From assembly GCA_963666565.1 (NCBI GenBank), contig OY762911.1:64001-128000 (forward strand): 64,000 bases of DNA. Reading direction: 5' to 3'. The notes beneath the pieces were generated by a model. It was given only the letters and a program-made list of their open reading frames with translations. It ran no database searches and had not been told where the DNA came from. The DNA comes from Thermoanaerobaculia bacterium. Its GTDB lineage: Bacteria; Acidobacteriota; Thermoanaerobaculia; Multivoradales; Multivoraceae. Of this stretch, positions 56,191 through 64,000 are shown piece after piece. Made by a program: the position numbers and the translations under genes. Each line of letters opens with the position of its first letter. Position 1 is the stretch's first letter.

Positions 56191-57594
56191 GTGCCATTCC
56201 CCATCGCTCGACGCGACTTGCTCAAGGCGTCTCTCGTCGGGTTCGGCGCCTGCCTCGGCCTGCCGACCTGGGCCGCTCAAACGGCCGGCGATCGAGACCG
56301 CTTCGGTGGCTGGACCGGGCTGAAGTTCGACGCCACCGGCTTCTTTCGCACCGAGCACGACGGCCGGCGATGGTGGCTGGTCACTCCCGAGGGCCACGCG
56401 TTCATCAGTTGGGGCGTCAACCACTACCACGCGAACTGGTGGGCGCAGGACTACAACCGGGATCACTGGCTGCGGCGGTTCGGTGCGGAGGAGGTGTATG
56501 ACCGGGCCTGGAACCGCGGGTTCCGCGAGGCCGCCCTGGCCGACTTGCGAAGGCTGGGTCTCAACACGCTGGGCATCCACACGAACGCAACGATGCTCAC
56601 CCACCCGCCGGGCCGGGCCCGCTTTCCCTTCGTCGCGCCCTATGAGCCGCTGGTGTTGTCGCACTACCTCAAGCCCCAACCCGACGCCTACGCGGACATC
56701 TTTGCTCCCGAGTTCGAAGAGCAGTGCGAGCGCACGGCCCGGCGAGTCGCCGCGCCCTACCGCGACGATCCCATGGTGCTGGGCTACTGCATGGCCGACT
56801 GCCCTCCCCTGACCGACAACGAGGCGGAATGGAACGGCAGCACGACGTGGCCGCGCCGGCTGCGCAACTTCGCCGCCAAGGCGCCCGGCAAGCAGGCGTA
56901 CGTCGCGTTCATGCGCGAGCGGTACGGGGACGTGTCCGGGTTCAACGCGACCTACGGCGCCCGCTTCGGCACGTGGCAGGACCTGCTCGAGGCGACGGAC
57001 TGGCGCCCCGATCAAGCCCCCCAGAATCAGTCGGAGCGCCGTGACAATGCGGCCTTCCTGCTGCTCTGCGTCGAGCGCTACTACTCAGTTGCCAGAGCCG
57101 CCCTCCGCCGCGCCGACCCGAACCATCTCTTCCTGGGCGACAAGATCAACGGCGACACGGACGGGCTTTTCTCCATCGGGGCCGTGACCAGTCGGTACAC
57201 CGACCTCGTGAACACCCAGCACTACGCCCGCTGGGAGGGTCAGCGCGACACGATGGACCGGCTGACCGAGGTCGTTGGGCAACCCTTCCTCAACGGCGAC
57301 GCCGCCTACACGACGCCAACCGAGACGATGCCCAATCCTCATGGACAGCACGCGCGCGACATGGCGGAGCGCGCTCTCTGGACGCGTGAGTTCATGGAGA
57401 ACGCGACCGCCCGCCCCGACTTCGTCGGCTGGCACATGTGCGGGATCATCGACACCGCGAACACGATGCCCGGCAAGGAGCAGGCCCAGCACCAGGGCCT
57501 GATGACCGTCAGCGGCGAGTTCTACCCGGAGATGGAGGAGACGGTCCGCGACATCTCCGACCGCCTCTACGCCATCGCCGCCGGAGAGGCGTGA
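56191..57594 (+). CDS. Beta-agarase-like glycoside hydrolase (GH50-like), Tat-exported
   Basis: ARRDLL; DRFGGW..ATGFFR...RWWLVTPEG, GLNTLG, DPNHL.LG, VGWH. Confidence 0.72.
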   Translation: MPFPIARRDLLKASLVGFGACLGLPTWAAQTAGDRDRFGGWTGLKFDATGFFRTEHDGRRWWLVTPEGHAFISWGVNHYHANWWAQDYNRDHWLRRFGAEEVYDRAWNRGFREAALADLRRLGLNTLGIHTNATMLTHPPGRARFPFVAPYEPLVLSHYLKPQPDAYADIFAPEFEEQCERTARRVAAPYRDDPMVLGYCMADCPPLTDNEAEWNGSTTWPRRLRNFAAKAPGKQAYVAFMRERYGDVSGFNATYGARFGTWQDLLEATDWRPDQAPQNQSERRDNAAFLLLCVERYYSVARAALRRADPNHLFLGDKINGDTDGLFSIGAVTSRYTDLVNTQHYARWEGQRDTMDRLTEVVGQPFLNGDAAYTTPTETMPNPHGQHARDMAERALWTREFMENATARPDFVGWHMCGIIDTANTMPGKEQAQHQGLMTVSGEFYPEMEETVRDISDRLYAIAAGEA

Positions 57595-57613
57595 GCCGGG
57601 CAACGTAGAAGGT

Positions 57614-57733
57614 CCAGAGGCCGGCGCTTCGCGCCGGATGCCGGCGGGAACCCGTGTGGCGCGATCCGCGACACACGCGTCACAGTCCGTGCGCCCGTCA
57701 TCGGGCGCACGGATGACACGCCGGCGCACCCAG
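57614..57733 (+). repeat. Family B REP with a second two-hairpin element nested in its loop
   Basis: REP halves 57614-57651 and 57718-57733 flank two extra hairpins. Confidence 0.7.
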
Positions 57734-57735
57734 TC

Positions 57736-58950
57736 TCAGCCGAGCGCCTGGAACGCCTTCTCCGTTCCGGCCAGCGCCTGCTCGATGTCGGATTCCGTGT
57801 GCGCCACCGACAGGAACATGTTGTGCCAGGGGTGGAGGTAGACCCCGTGGTCGAGAGCGGAACTGCAGAAGGCGAACCCCTTCTCCCGCTTGTCGTCGTC
57901 CTCGAACAGCACGGTCGGCATCTGCGGCGGTCTGGTCTGACGGATCGGGTGACCGTAGCGGCGCGCCTGCTCCTCCAGGCCGTGCCGGAACTGTTGCCCC
58001 AGACGTTCCACGACGGCCGGCGCGTCGACTTCGGCCAGAAGGTCGAGCGTCTCGAGCGCCGCAGCGAAGGGAGCGGCCTGGTACCAGAACGAGCCGGTGA
58101 CGAAGACGCGCGTCGCAGCCTCGCGGTACGCCTCGTTGCCGAGGATGGCGGCCACGGGTTCGCCGTTGCCGATCGCCTTGCCCCAGGCCGACAGGTCCGG
58201 CTGGACGCCGAGCTCGGACCAGCTCGCGTCGAGCGACAGGCGCAGCCCGGCCCGCACGTCGTCCAGGATGAGGGCCGCGCCCTCGGCGTCGCAGATCTCG
58301 CGGACGCGGCGCGCGAAGGCGAGGTCGGGCAGCTCCTGATCGTGGCCGGCGTCGTGCCGGAAGGCGGAGACGACGATGCCCGCGAGGTCGCCGGCCGCCG
58401 CCTGGGCGGCCGCGTCGAGGCTGCCCGTGTCGTTGTAGCGGTAGGTCGGGAAGTGGACGTGATCCTCCGCGGGCGTGCCCCTCGACATCCGGTTGGCCCA
58501 CGGCGCGGCGCCGTGGTAGGCGCCCTCGGCCACGAGGATCTTCCGCTTCTCGCTCCGCGCGCGGGCCACCATGTTGCAGACGGTCGTGGCGTCATTGCCG
58601 TTCTTCGCGAAGATGGCCCACTCGGCGTGGCCGACCTGACGCACGAAACGCTCGGCCAGGTCGACGATGAGCGCCGAGGGACCGTTCGCGATGTCGAGCC
58701 GGTCGCGCTGAGCGTCCGCGGCGGCCCGAATGCGGGGATTGCCGTAGCCGGCGATCATCGGACCGAACGAGCACATGAAGTCGATGTACTCGTTGCCGTC
58801 GGCGTCCCACAGCCGGCAACCCTCCGCCCGCTCGAAGTACTGCGGATAGCGCGGCGGCAGGAGGCGGTACGTGGACATGTGCCCGTACATGCCGCCGGGA
58901 ATGACCCGCTCGCCCCGGGACTTGAGCGCCTGGTTCTTCGCCAATCTCAT
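57736..58950 (-). CDS. Class III PLP aminotransferase (GSA aminomutase-like)
   Basis: WDADGNEYID, KNG.DAT, AYHG, LILDDVR.G, WGKAIGNG. Confidence 0.9.
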   Translation of the reverse strand: MRLAKNQALKSRGERVIPGGMYGHMSTYRLLPPRYPQYFERAEGCRLWDADGNEYIDFMCSFGPMIAGYGNPRIRAAADAQRDRLDIANGPSALIVDLAERFVRQVGHAEWAIFAKNGNDATTVCNMVARARSEKRKILVAEGAYHGAAPWANRMSRGTPAEDHVHFPTYRYNDTGSLDAAAQAAAGDLAGIVVSAFRHDAGHDQELPDLAFARRVREICDAEGAALILDDVRAGLRLSLDASWSELGVQPDLSAWGKAIGNGEPVAAILGNEAYREAATRVFVTGSFWYQAAPFAAALETLDLLAEVDAPAVVERLGQQFRHGLEEQARRYGHPIRQTRPPQMPTVLFEDDDKREKGFAFCSSALDHGVYLHPWHNMFLSVAHTESDIEQALAGTEKAFQALG

Positions 58951-59060
58951 GCGTCGTTGCTCGCCCTGCCCAGCGGCGGTCACGGGAACGACCTCAGCCT
59001 CCACGCGGCCAAGACCGATCGGTCCTGGCCAGCCACTCGACACGCCGGAACGGCGGCGCC

Positions 59061-59591
59061 TCAACCCGCCTTCTTCACCTCGAAGGGCACGGCGAGCTGC
59101 GCCCACTGCAGCGCGACCCACGAATCCACGATCACGAACTCCATCTCCTCCACGTGGCCGATTGTCTTCGGGGTGGCGGGCACGCGCAGCGCGTCCTGGC
59201 CGGCGTCGTGCCGGAAGGAGCCCCACTGCTGCGCGACCTTGTTGAAGATGACGGTCCACTCGTTCTCGCCCGGCTCGGTGAAGAGAGCGTAGGTGCCGGC
59301 GGCCAGGGTCTCGCCGCCGATCTCGACGTCGGCGCTGAAGGTGATGGTCGTGGCCTCGTCGGCGCCGGTCCGCCAGACCTTGCCGTAGGGAACCAGGCCG
59401 CCCCAGATGGTCCGGCCCTTCACCTTCGGGCGTCCGTACTCCAGCGTCACGGTGACGCCGTCGATCGTCCCTTCGACCTTGCCGTTCTTGCTCGCGCGGG
59501 CGGAGTCGTCGCCGCGCTGCGCCAGGGCGGGAAGGGCCGTCATCAGGAGGGCCGCGAAGATCAGGGGAATGGTCGCTCGGAACTTGTGCAT
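59061..59591 (-). CDS. DUF2911 domain protein, secreted
   Basis: YGRP.VKGR.IWG.LVPYG.VWRTGADEAT, AGTYALF. Confidence 0.92.
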   Translation of the reverse strand: MHKFRATIPLIFAALLMTALPALAQRGDDSARASKNGKVEGTIDGVTVTLEYGRPKVKGRTIWGGLVPYGKVWRTGADEATTITFSADVEIGGETLAAGTYALFTEPGENEWTVIFNKVAQQWGSFRHDAGQDALRVPATPKTIGHVEEMEFVIVDSWVALQWAQLAVPFEVKKAG

Positions 59592-59745
59592 GTCGTCCTC
59601 CAGCTTGAACAGGGTTGATGCGGCTTCCGCGCCGCCCGCGTCCGGCCTCTGCGTGCCGACGCCACCCGTAGGATAGACGGAAACCCGCCGTCCGCGACGA
59701 AAATCCGTACAGCCGAACCACTCTGGAGCATCCTGGAGCCACCGC

Positions 59746-61188
59746 ATGGCAAACCCCCTCCGCCGATTCCTGCCCTTGCTGCCCGTCGCGGTCCTCGCCT
59801 GCCAGCCCGCGGCCGACGATCCGCCGCTCAACGTCGTGCTGCTCATGGCCGACGACATGGGCTGGGCCCAGACCGGCTACAACGGCCATCCCCTGCTCCG
59901 GACGCCGCATCTCGACGCGATGGCCGGCGCCGGGCTGCGCATGGACCGGTTCTACGCCGGCGCGCCGAGCTGCACCCCGACCCGGGCGACGGTCATCACC
60001 GGCCGCACGAACGACCGCACCGGCGCCTTCCGCGTCGGCGACTCGATCAACAAGCAGGAGAAGACGCTCGCCGAGGCGTTCCGGCAGGCCGGGTACGCCA
60101 CCGCGCACTTCGGCAAGTGGCACCTGAACCAGGTCCACCCGAGCGGCGACAACCCGCTCCCCGCGGACGATCCCCACAAGCCCGGCGAGCTGGGCTTCGA
60201 CTACTGGCTGAGCCACACGAACCAGTTCAACCTGGACCCCGTCTTCAGTCAGAACGGAGTGCCGCAGCAGTTCGAGGGCGACTCGTCGGAAGTCCTGGTC
60301 GCGGAAGCGCTCCGCTACATCTCGCAGCAGCGGGAAAGCGGGAAGCCCGTGTTCGCGGTGATCTGGTACGCCTCTCCGCACCGGCCGTTCGCCGCCCTGC
60401 CGGAAGACGAGGCGCCCTTCGCCTCGCTGGACGACGCCTCGCGGACGCACCACGCCGAAATCGTGGCCATGGACCGCTCCATCGGCGCCCTCCGCGAGGG
60501 CCTGCGCGAACTCGGCATCGCCGACGACACCCTGGTCTGGTTCACCAGCGACAACGGCGGCCTGCCCGACATCGACTACGGCCCGGAGCATCCCGGCATT
60601 CGCCCGGACACCACCGGCCACCTGCGCGGCTTCAAGAAGGACTTCTACGAGGGCGGCCTCCGCGTGCCGACGATCGTCGAATGGCCAGGCGGCATCGTGC
60701 CGAGGATCACGAATTTCCCCGCCAGCACGATGGACATCTTCCCGACCCTGATCGAGGTCGCCGGGCTCGACCCGTCGTCGATCAACGAGGTCCACGACGG
60801 CATCTCCATCGCCGGCGTGTTCGAGTCCGAATCCGCCCGCCGGGAGCAGCCCATCGGCTTCCGCGCCAGCGGCGGTCTCGCCTGGCTCGACAACGACGTC
60901 AAACTGGTGCGGAACTACACGGCCGAGTCATCGGAGGACTTCGAGCTCTACAACGTGATCGACGATCCCGCGGAAGAGAACAACCTGATCGAGGAGCAGC
61001 CCGAGGTCGCCGCCCGGATGCGTGCCGAACTGGATGCCTGGAGCTGGTCGGTCGACGCGAGCGTCACCGGCGCCGACTACCCGGAGGGACGGGTGCTGCC
61101 TTCGGGGCGGACAGAGGCGCGGAGCCACTCGTCCAGCGCGTCTCGGTCCAGCGTCCCTGCTTCAAGTCCTCGGATCATGAACTCGTAG
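59746..61188 (+). CDS. Sulfatase lipoprotein (Cys-type)
   Basis: Lipobox VLAC; ADDMG, CTPTR, GKWHL, SDNG, EGGLRVP; 3' end overlaps doc. Confidence 0.93.
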   Translation: MANPLRRFLPLLPVAVLACQPAADDPPLNVVLLMADDMGWAQTGYNGHPLLRTPHLDAMAGAGLRMDRFYAGAPSCTPTRATVITGRTNDRTGAFRVGDSINKQEKTLAEAFRQAGYATAHFGKWHLNQVHPSGDNPLPADDPHKPGELGFDYWLSHTNQFNLDPVFSQNGVPQQFEGDSSEVLVAEALRYISQQRESGKPVFAVIWYASPHRPFAALPEDEAPFASLDDASRTHHAEIVAMDRSIGALREGLRELGIADDTLVWFTSDNGGLPDIDYGPEHPGIRPDTTGHLRGFKKDFYEGGLRVPTIVEWPGGIVPRITNFPASTMDIFPTLIEVAGLDPSSINEVHDGISIAGVFESESARREQPIGFRASGGLAWLDNDVKLVRNYTAESSEDFELYNVIDDPAEENNLIEEQPEVAARMRAELDAWSWSVDASVTGADYPEGRVLPSGRTEARSHSSSASRSSVPASSPRIMNS

Positions 61189-61478
61189 GCCTCCCGAGTT
61201 TCGAGCTCCAGTTTCCAGCCGTTCATCCGCAGGAAGACGTCGGCCGCGAACAAGGCGATGCGCTTGTTGCCGTCAACGAAGGCATGGTTCATCAGTAACG
61301 ACTCGAACAGCGCGGCGGCCATCTCCACTACGTCGTCGTAGTAGCCAGACCTGGGGCGGAAGAGCGCACTCTCCGCCAGCCCCAGGTCGCGCACGCCGGC
61401 TGAGCCGCCGAAGCGCTCGATCAGCCGCTCGTGCAGCTCCAACAGTTCGTCGAGCGTGAGGAACTGGACTCGGTCCAC
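61077..61478 (-). CDS. doc: Death-on-curing (Fic/Doc) toxin
   Basis: GG..GVRD.GL.ESA..RP, NHAFVDGNKR. Confidence 0.93.
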   Translation of the reverse strand: MDRVQFLTLDELLELHERLIERFGGSAGVRDLGLAESALFRPRSGYYDDVVEMAAALFESLLMNHAFVDGNKRIALFAADVFLRMNGWKLELETREAYEFMIRGLEAGTLDRDALDEWLRASVRPEGSTRPSG

Positions 61479-61498
61479 GGATCAGCCACAAGACCGGG

Positions 61499-61711
61499 TT
61501 ACTGCGCGAGGAGCTTCCCCAACTCCTCGTTCTCGCGCATCGAGTCCTCCAGATGCCGCAGTACCTCCGGCCTCACCCGGCGCCGCGCCAGATACTCCTC
61601 GACCGCCTCGGAGAGCAGGCCCGAGACGTTCCGCTTCGTCTCCCTTGCCAAGTCACGAAGCTCGTTCCAGGCTGCCTCGTCCACCTTCGAGCTGATCTTG
61701 ATCGCCGTCAT
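61499..61711 (-). CDS. RHH/CopG antitoxin partner of Doc
   Basis: IKISSKVDE...LA.E..R.VS.LL.EAVEEYL; immediately upstream of doc. Confidence 0.82.
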   Translation of the reverse strand: MTAIKISSKVDEAAWNELRDLARETKRNVSGLLSEAVEEYLARRRVRPEVLRHLEDSMRENEELGKLLAQ

Positions 61712-61889
61712 TGGTACTCCCCGGCCCCTCTACCCGCCAAAGCCTGACGCGCGTCATGATACGTCGGGCTCGTCTCCATGAGAAGCACGTCGGCTGCCCA
61801 AGTCCTCGGATCGCCCCCTCCACGCCACCTCAACGTTCCCAGCGGCACAGGACATCGCCGGCATGTTGCCGCAGCTTCCTCTGCCGAGG

Positions 61890-62339
61890 CTACTCGCGAT
61901 CCGCAACGAACTCCGCCTCCCGGCTCTGCAACCACCGCTCTACCCGTACCGAGACCTCGTCCACCTGCCCCTTCGGCCGCAGCGCGCACTCCCAGATGAC
62001 GCCGACGCGCCAGTCCGCCTGCAGCAGCTTCCTCCGGTGCTCGCGGTCGCGGCGGACGTTGGCCGCGAACTTCCGTTCCCAGTACTCCCGGTTGGTCACC
62101 GGCGTCGTTGCGCGGGGGCAGTCCTCGTGGCGATGCCAGAAGCAGCCATGCACGAAGCAAACGGCCCGGAAACGCGGAAACACGAGGTCCGGCCGGCCGG
62201 GAAGCGCGGAATCGTGGAGCTTGTAGCGCAGGCCGCGAGCGTGGAGCGCGCGGCGCAAGATCATCTCCGGCCCGGTGTTCCGGCTCCGTACTCTCGCCAT
62301 GATGCGCGAACGGGTCGCGCTGTCGACCGTGTCCGGCAC
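61890..62339 (-). CDS. vsr: Very short patch repair endonuclease
   Basis: D....RS.IM.RVRS.NT.PE, LPGRPD, FVHGCFWH.H, N.RRD, IWEC. Confidence 0.95.
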   Translation of the reverse strand: MPDTVDSATRSRIMARVRSRNTGPEMILRRALHARGLRYKLHDSALPGRPDLVFPRFRAVCFVHGCFWHRHEDCPRATTPVTNREYWERKFAANVRRDREHRRKLLQADWRVGVIWECALRPKGQVDEVSVRVERWLQSREAEFVADRE

Positions 62340-62474
62340 GCTCTCCCTGGCTCCGGCCGAGCCTTGGATGTTCGGGGGGAGCGCCAAGGCTAGCGCATCG
62401 CCGGTTGAAGCCCGCACGACGAGCAGTCGGGCGGGCGGCCACCCGGCCCGGGCGCGGAAGCGGCCTTCTGTATA

Positions 62475-63860
62475 GTGGCGGCTGCAACCCACCCGGCCGG
62501 TTCTCCGACGATCCGGTCCGCTGCCAGGAGCCCGCCAAGCGTGTTCGAGACCTCACGAGAAAGGTCTGAGAAGACTGCCGAAGCTCTTGCGCCCGCCATC
62601 GCCGCTTCGCCCTCCGGCCCCACCCCGGGCGAGCGGCGCCAAGCGGCAAACGCGTCGACGACGGGCAGCTTCGCGGAGTTCTTCGCCGGCATCGGCCTGG
62701 TCCGCGAGGCGATCGAGCCTCTCGGCTGGCAGTGCGTCTTCGCCAACGACATCGCGCCGCGCAAGGAGGAGATGTACCGGCGGCGGTTCGGCGGCGAGCA
62801 CTTCCACCTGGGCGACATCCACGACTTGGGCGTCGGCGACCTTCCGCGCGGCCTCGACCTCGTCACCGCGTCCTTCCCCTGCATCGATCTTTCGCTTGCC
62901 GGGAACCGCGCGGGGCTGGCGGGCCGGCACTCGGGGACGATCTGGCCGTTCCTGGACATCGTGACCGCGCTGTGCATCCAGCGCACGCCGCCGGCCGCCG
63001 TCCTGCTGGAGAACGTGACGGGCTTTCTCACTTCCAGGGGCGGCGCGGACCTCGCCGACGTCTGCCGCCGTCTGGCCGCCGTCGACTACGTCATCGACGT
63101 GCTGTTCGTCGACGCGCGCTGGTTCCGGCCCCAGAGCCGGCCTCGTTTGTTCGTCGCGGCGCGGCAACGGGCCGTCGGCGGTCCGTGGCACCCGGCGGAT
63201 TCCCGGACTTCGCGCGTTCGCCCCGCCGGCGTGCGCCGGTTCGAGGCGGCCCATCCCGAGCTGCCGTTCGTCGACTTGGCGCTGCCGGAGCCCCCGACCG
63301 AGGCGTCCGCCACTCTCGCCTCCGTGCTCGAGGAGGTTCCGCCGGACGATGCTCGCTGGTGGCCGGCGGACCGCACTGCCGCCCTGGTCGAGGAGATGGT
63401 GCCGCGGAACCGCCAACGCGTGGACGAACTGCTGGCCGGCGAGCGCGACGGAGTCGCGACGATGTTCCGCCGCCGCCGCAACGGCCGCACGGTGGGCGAG
63501 TTGAGGCCCGACCGCTTGGCCGGCTGCCTCAGAACTCCCCAAGGCGGCAGCAGCGTCCAGTTCCTGGTTGACTGCCGTAGCGGAGCGGCTCGGATCCGGC
63601 CGCTCACCGGCCGGGAGTACGCGCGCCTGCAGGGGGCGGACTCCTTCCCCATCGAAGTAAACGACCGCCAGGCAAGGCTGGGTTTCGGCGACGCGGTATG
63701 CGTACAGGCTGTCCGGTGGCTCGTGCAGCACGCCTTCAAACCTGAGCGAAGCCCGGCACCGAACAAGCGAGGCGCCTCCCGCGGAACCGCGGCCGTCCAG
63801 TACCCCTGCGCGCCCCCGACGATCGGCCGCGATGCGCCTCAACGCCCCCTGTTCAAGTGA
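62475..63860 (+). CDS. dcm: DNA (cytosine-5)-methyltransferase (start uncertain)
   Basis: FFAGIG, SFPC.DLS, LENV, PQSR.R, RE.ARLQG, GDAV. Confidence 0.95.
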   Translation: MAAATHPAGSPTIRSAARSPPSVFETSRERSEKTAEALAPAIAASPSGPTPGERRQAANASTTGSFAEFFAGIGLVREAIEPLGWQCVFANDIAPRKEEMYRRRFGGEHFHLGDIHDLGVGDLPRGLDLVTASFPCIDLSLAGNRAGLAGRHSGTIWPFLDIVTALCIQRTPPAAVLLENVTGFLTSRGGADLADVCRRLAAVDYVIDVLFVDARWFRPQSRPRLFVAARQRAVGGPWHPADSRTSRVRPAGVRRFEAAHPELPFVDLALPEPPTEASATLASVLEEVPPDDARWWPADRTAALVEEMVPRNRQRVDELLAGERDGVATMFRRRRNGRTVGELRPDRLAGCLRTPQGGSSVQFLVDCRSGAARIRPLTGREYARLQGADSFPIEVNDRQARLGFGDAVCVQAVRWLVQHAFKPERSPAPNKRGASRGTAAVQYPCAPPTIGRDAPQRPLFK

Positions 63861-63872
63861 CGCGCCCCTTGA

Positions 63873-64000
63873 ATGCTGCCTGACACGCTCGACGCCCGCG
63901 CGGCGCTGATCTACTTTCACGCCTACATGTACGGTCCCTACCAGGGCCGTCTTCGCCTGTTCCGGGACCGGGGCCTGAAGCCGCGGATGGTCATGTCGGA
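63873..64000 (+). CDS. 5' end of hypothetical protein, possibly the cognate restriction endonuclease (partial)
   Basis: ATG 12 nt after dcm stop, open to window edge (MLPDTLDARAALIYFHAYMYGPYQGRLRLF...); function from context only. Confidence 0.5.
   Translation, partial: MLPDTLDARAALIYFHAYMYGPYQGRLRLFRDRGLKPRMVMS

Noticed and set aside
57736-58950. hemL assignment
   Set aside because: Only family-level motifs; lacks typical HemL context and signature, so no symbol given
44400-61760. Integron cassette array explaining the TA modules
   Set aside because: No intI and no attC-like RYYYAAC...GTTRRRY sites found flanking the modules

Overview
GC-rich bacterial window with about 50 CDS. The gene content (Tat/lipoprotein hydrolases, PSCyt/DUF1501, sulfatases, many TA pairs) is reminiscent of marine or host-associated Acidobacteriota, but that is inference only. 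No rRNA, tRNA or CRISPR array was seen. (1) 1-6.1 kb: accessory locus downstream of a LuxR-type HTH gene, encoding a Cys-rich lipoprotein, a membrane-anchored MORN-repeat protein and a Gly-rich/collagen-like secreted protein. The MORN gene is split by an IS3-family element whose TG...CA inverted repeats appear to sit about 7 bp inside its real ends. (2) Two peptide/amide-scavenging clusters: POT transporter, Ser-nucleophile GGT, two M19 dipeptidases, D-aminoacylase, Tat-CapA and beta-lactamase-fold serine hydrolases (four in the window). (3) Six type II TA modules plus several truncated or chimeric defence-gene remnants. (4) katG, oxidoreductases and a cytochrome c-fused PHM-like copper monooxygenase. 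(5) A PSCyt/DUF1501/SSS/agarase-like/sulfatase region. (6) A vsr-dcm-putative REase module at the right edge. Two families of REP-like hairpins sharing a GCGCACCCAG tail are scattered throughout, including probable coding, paired and nested copies. All family assignments come from motif recognition, not database searches.
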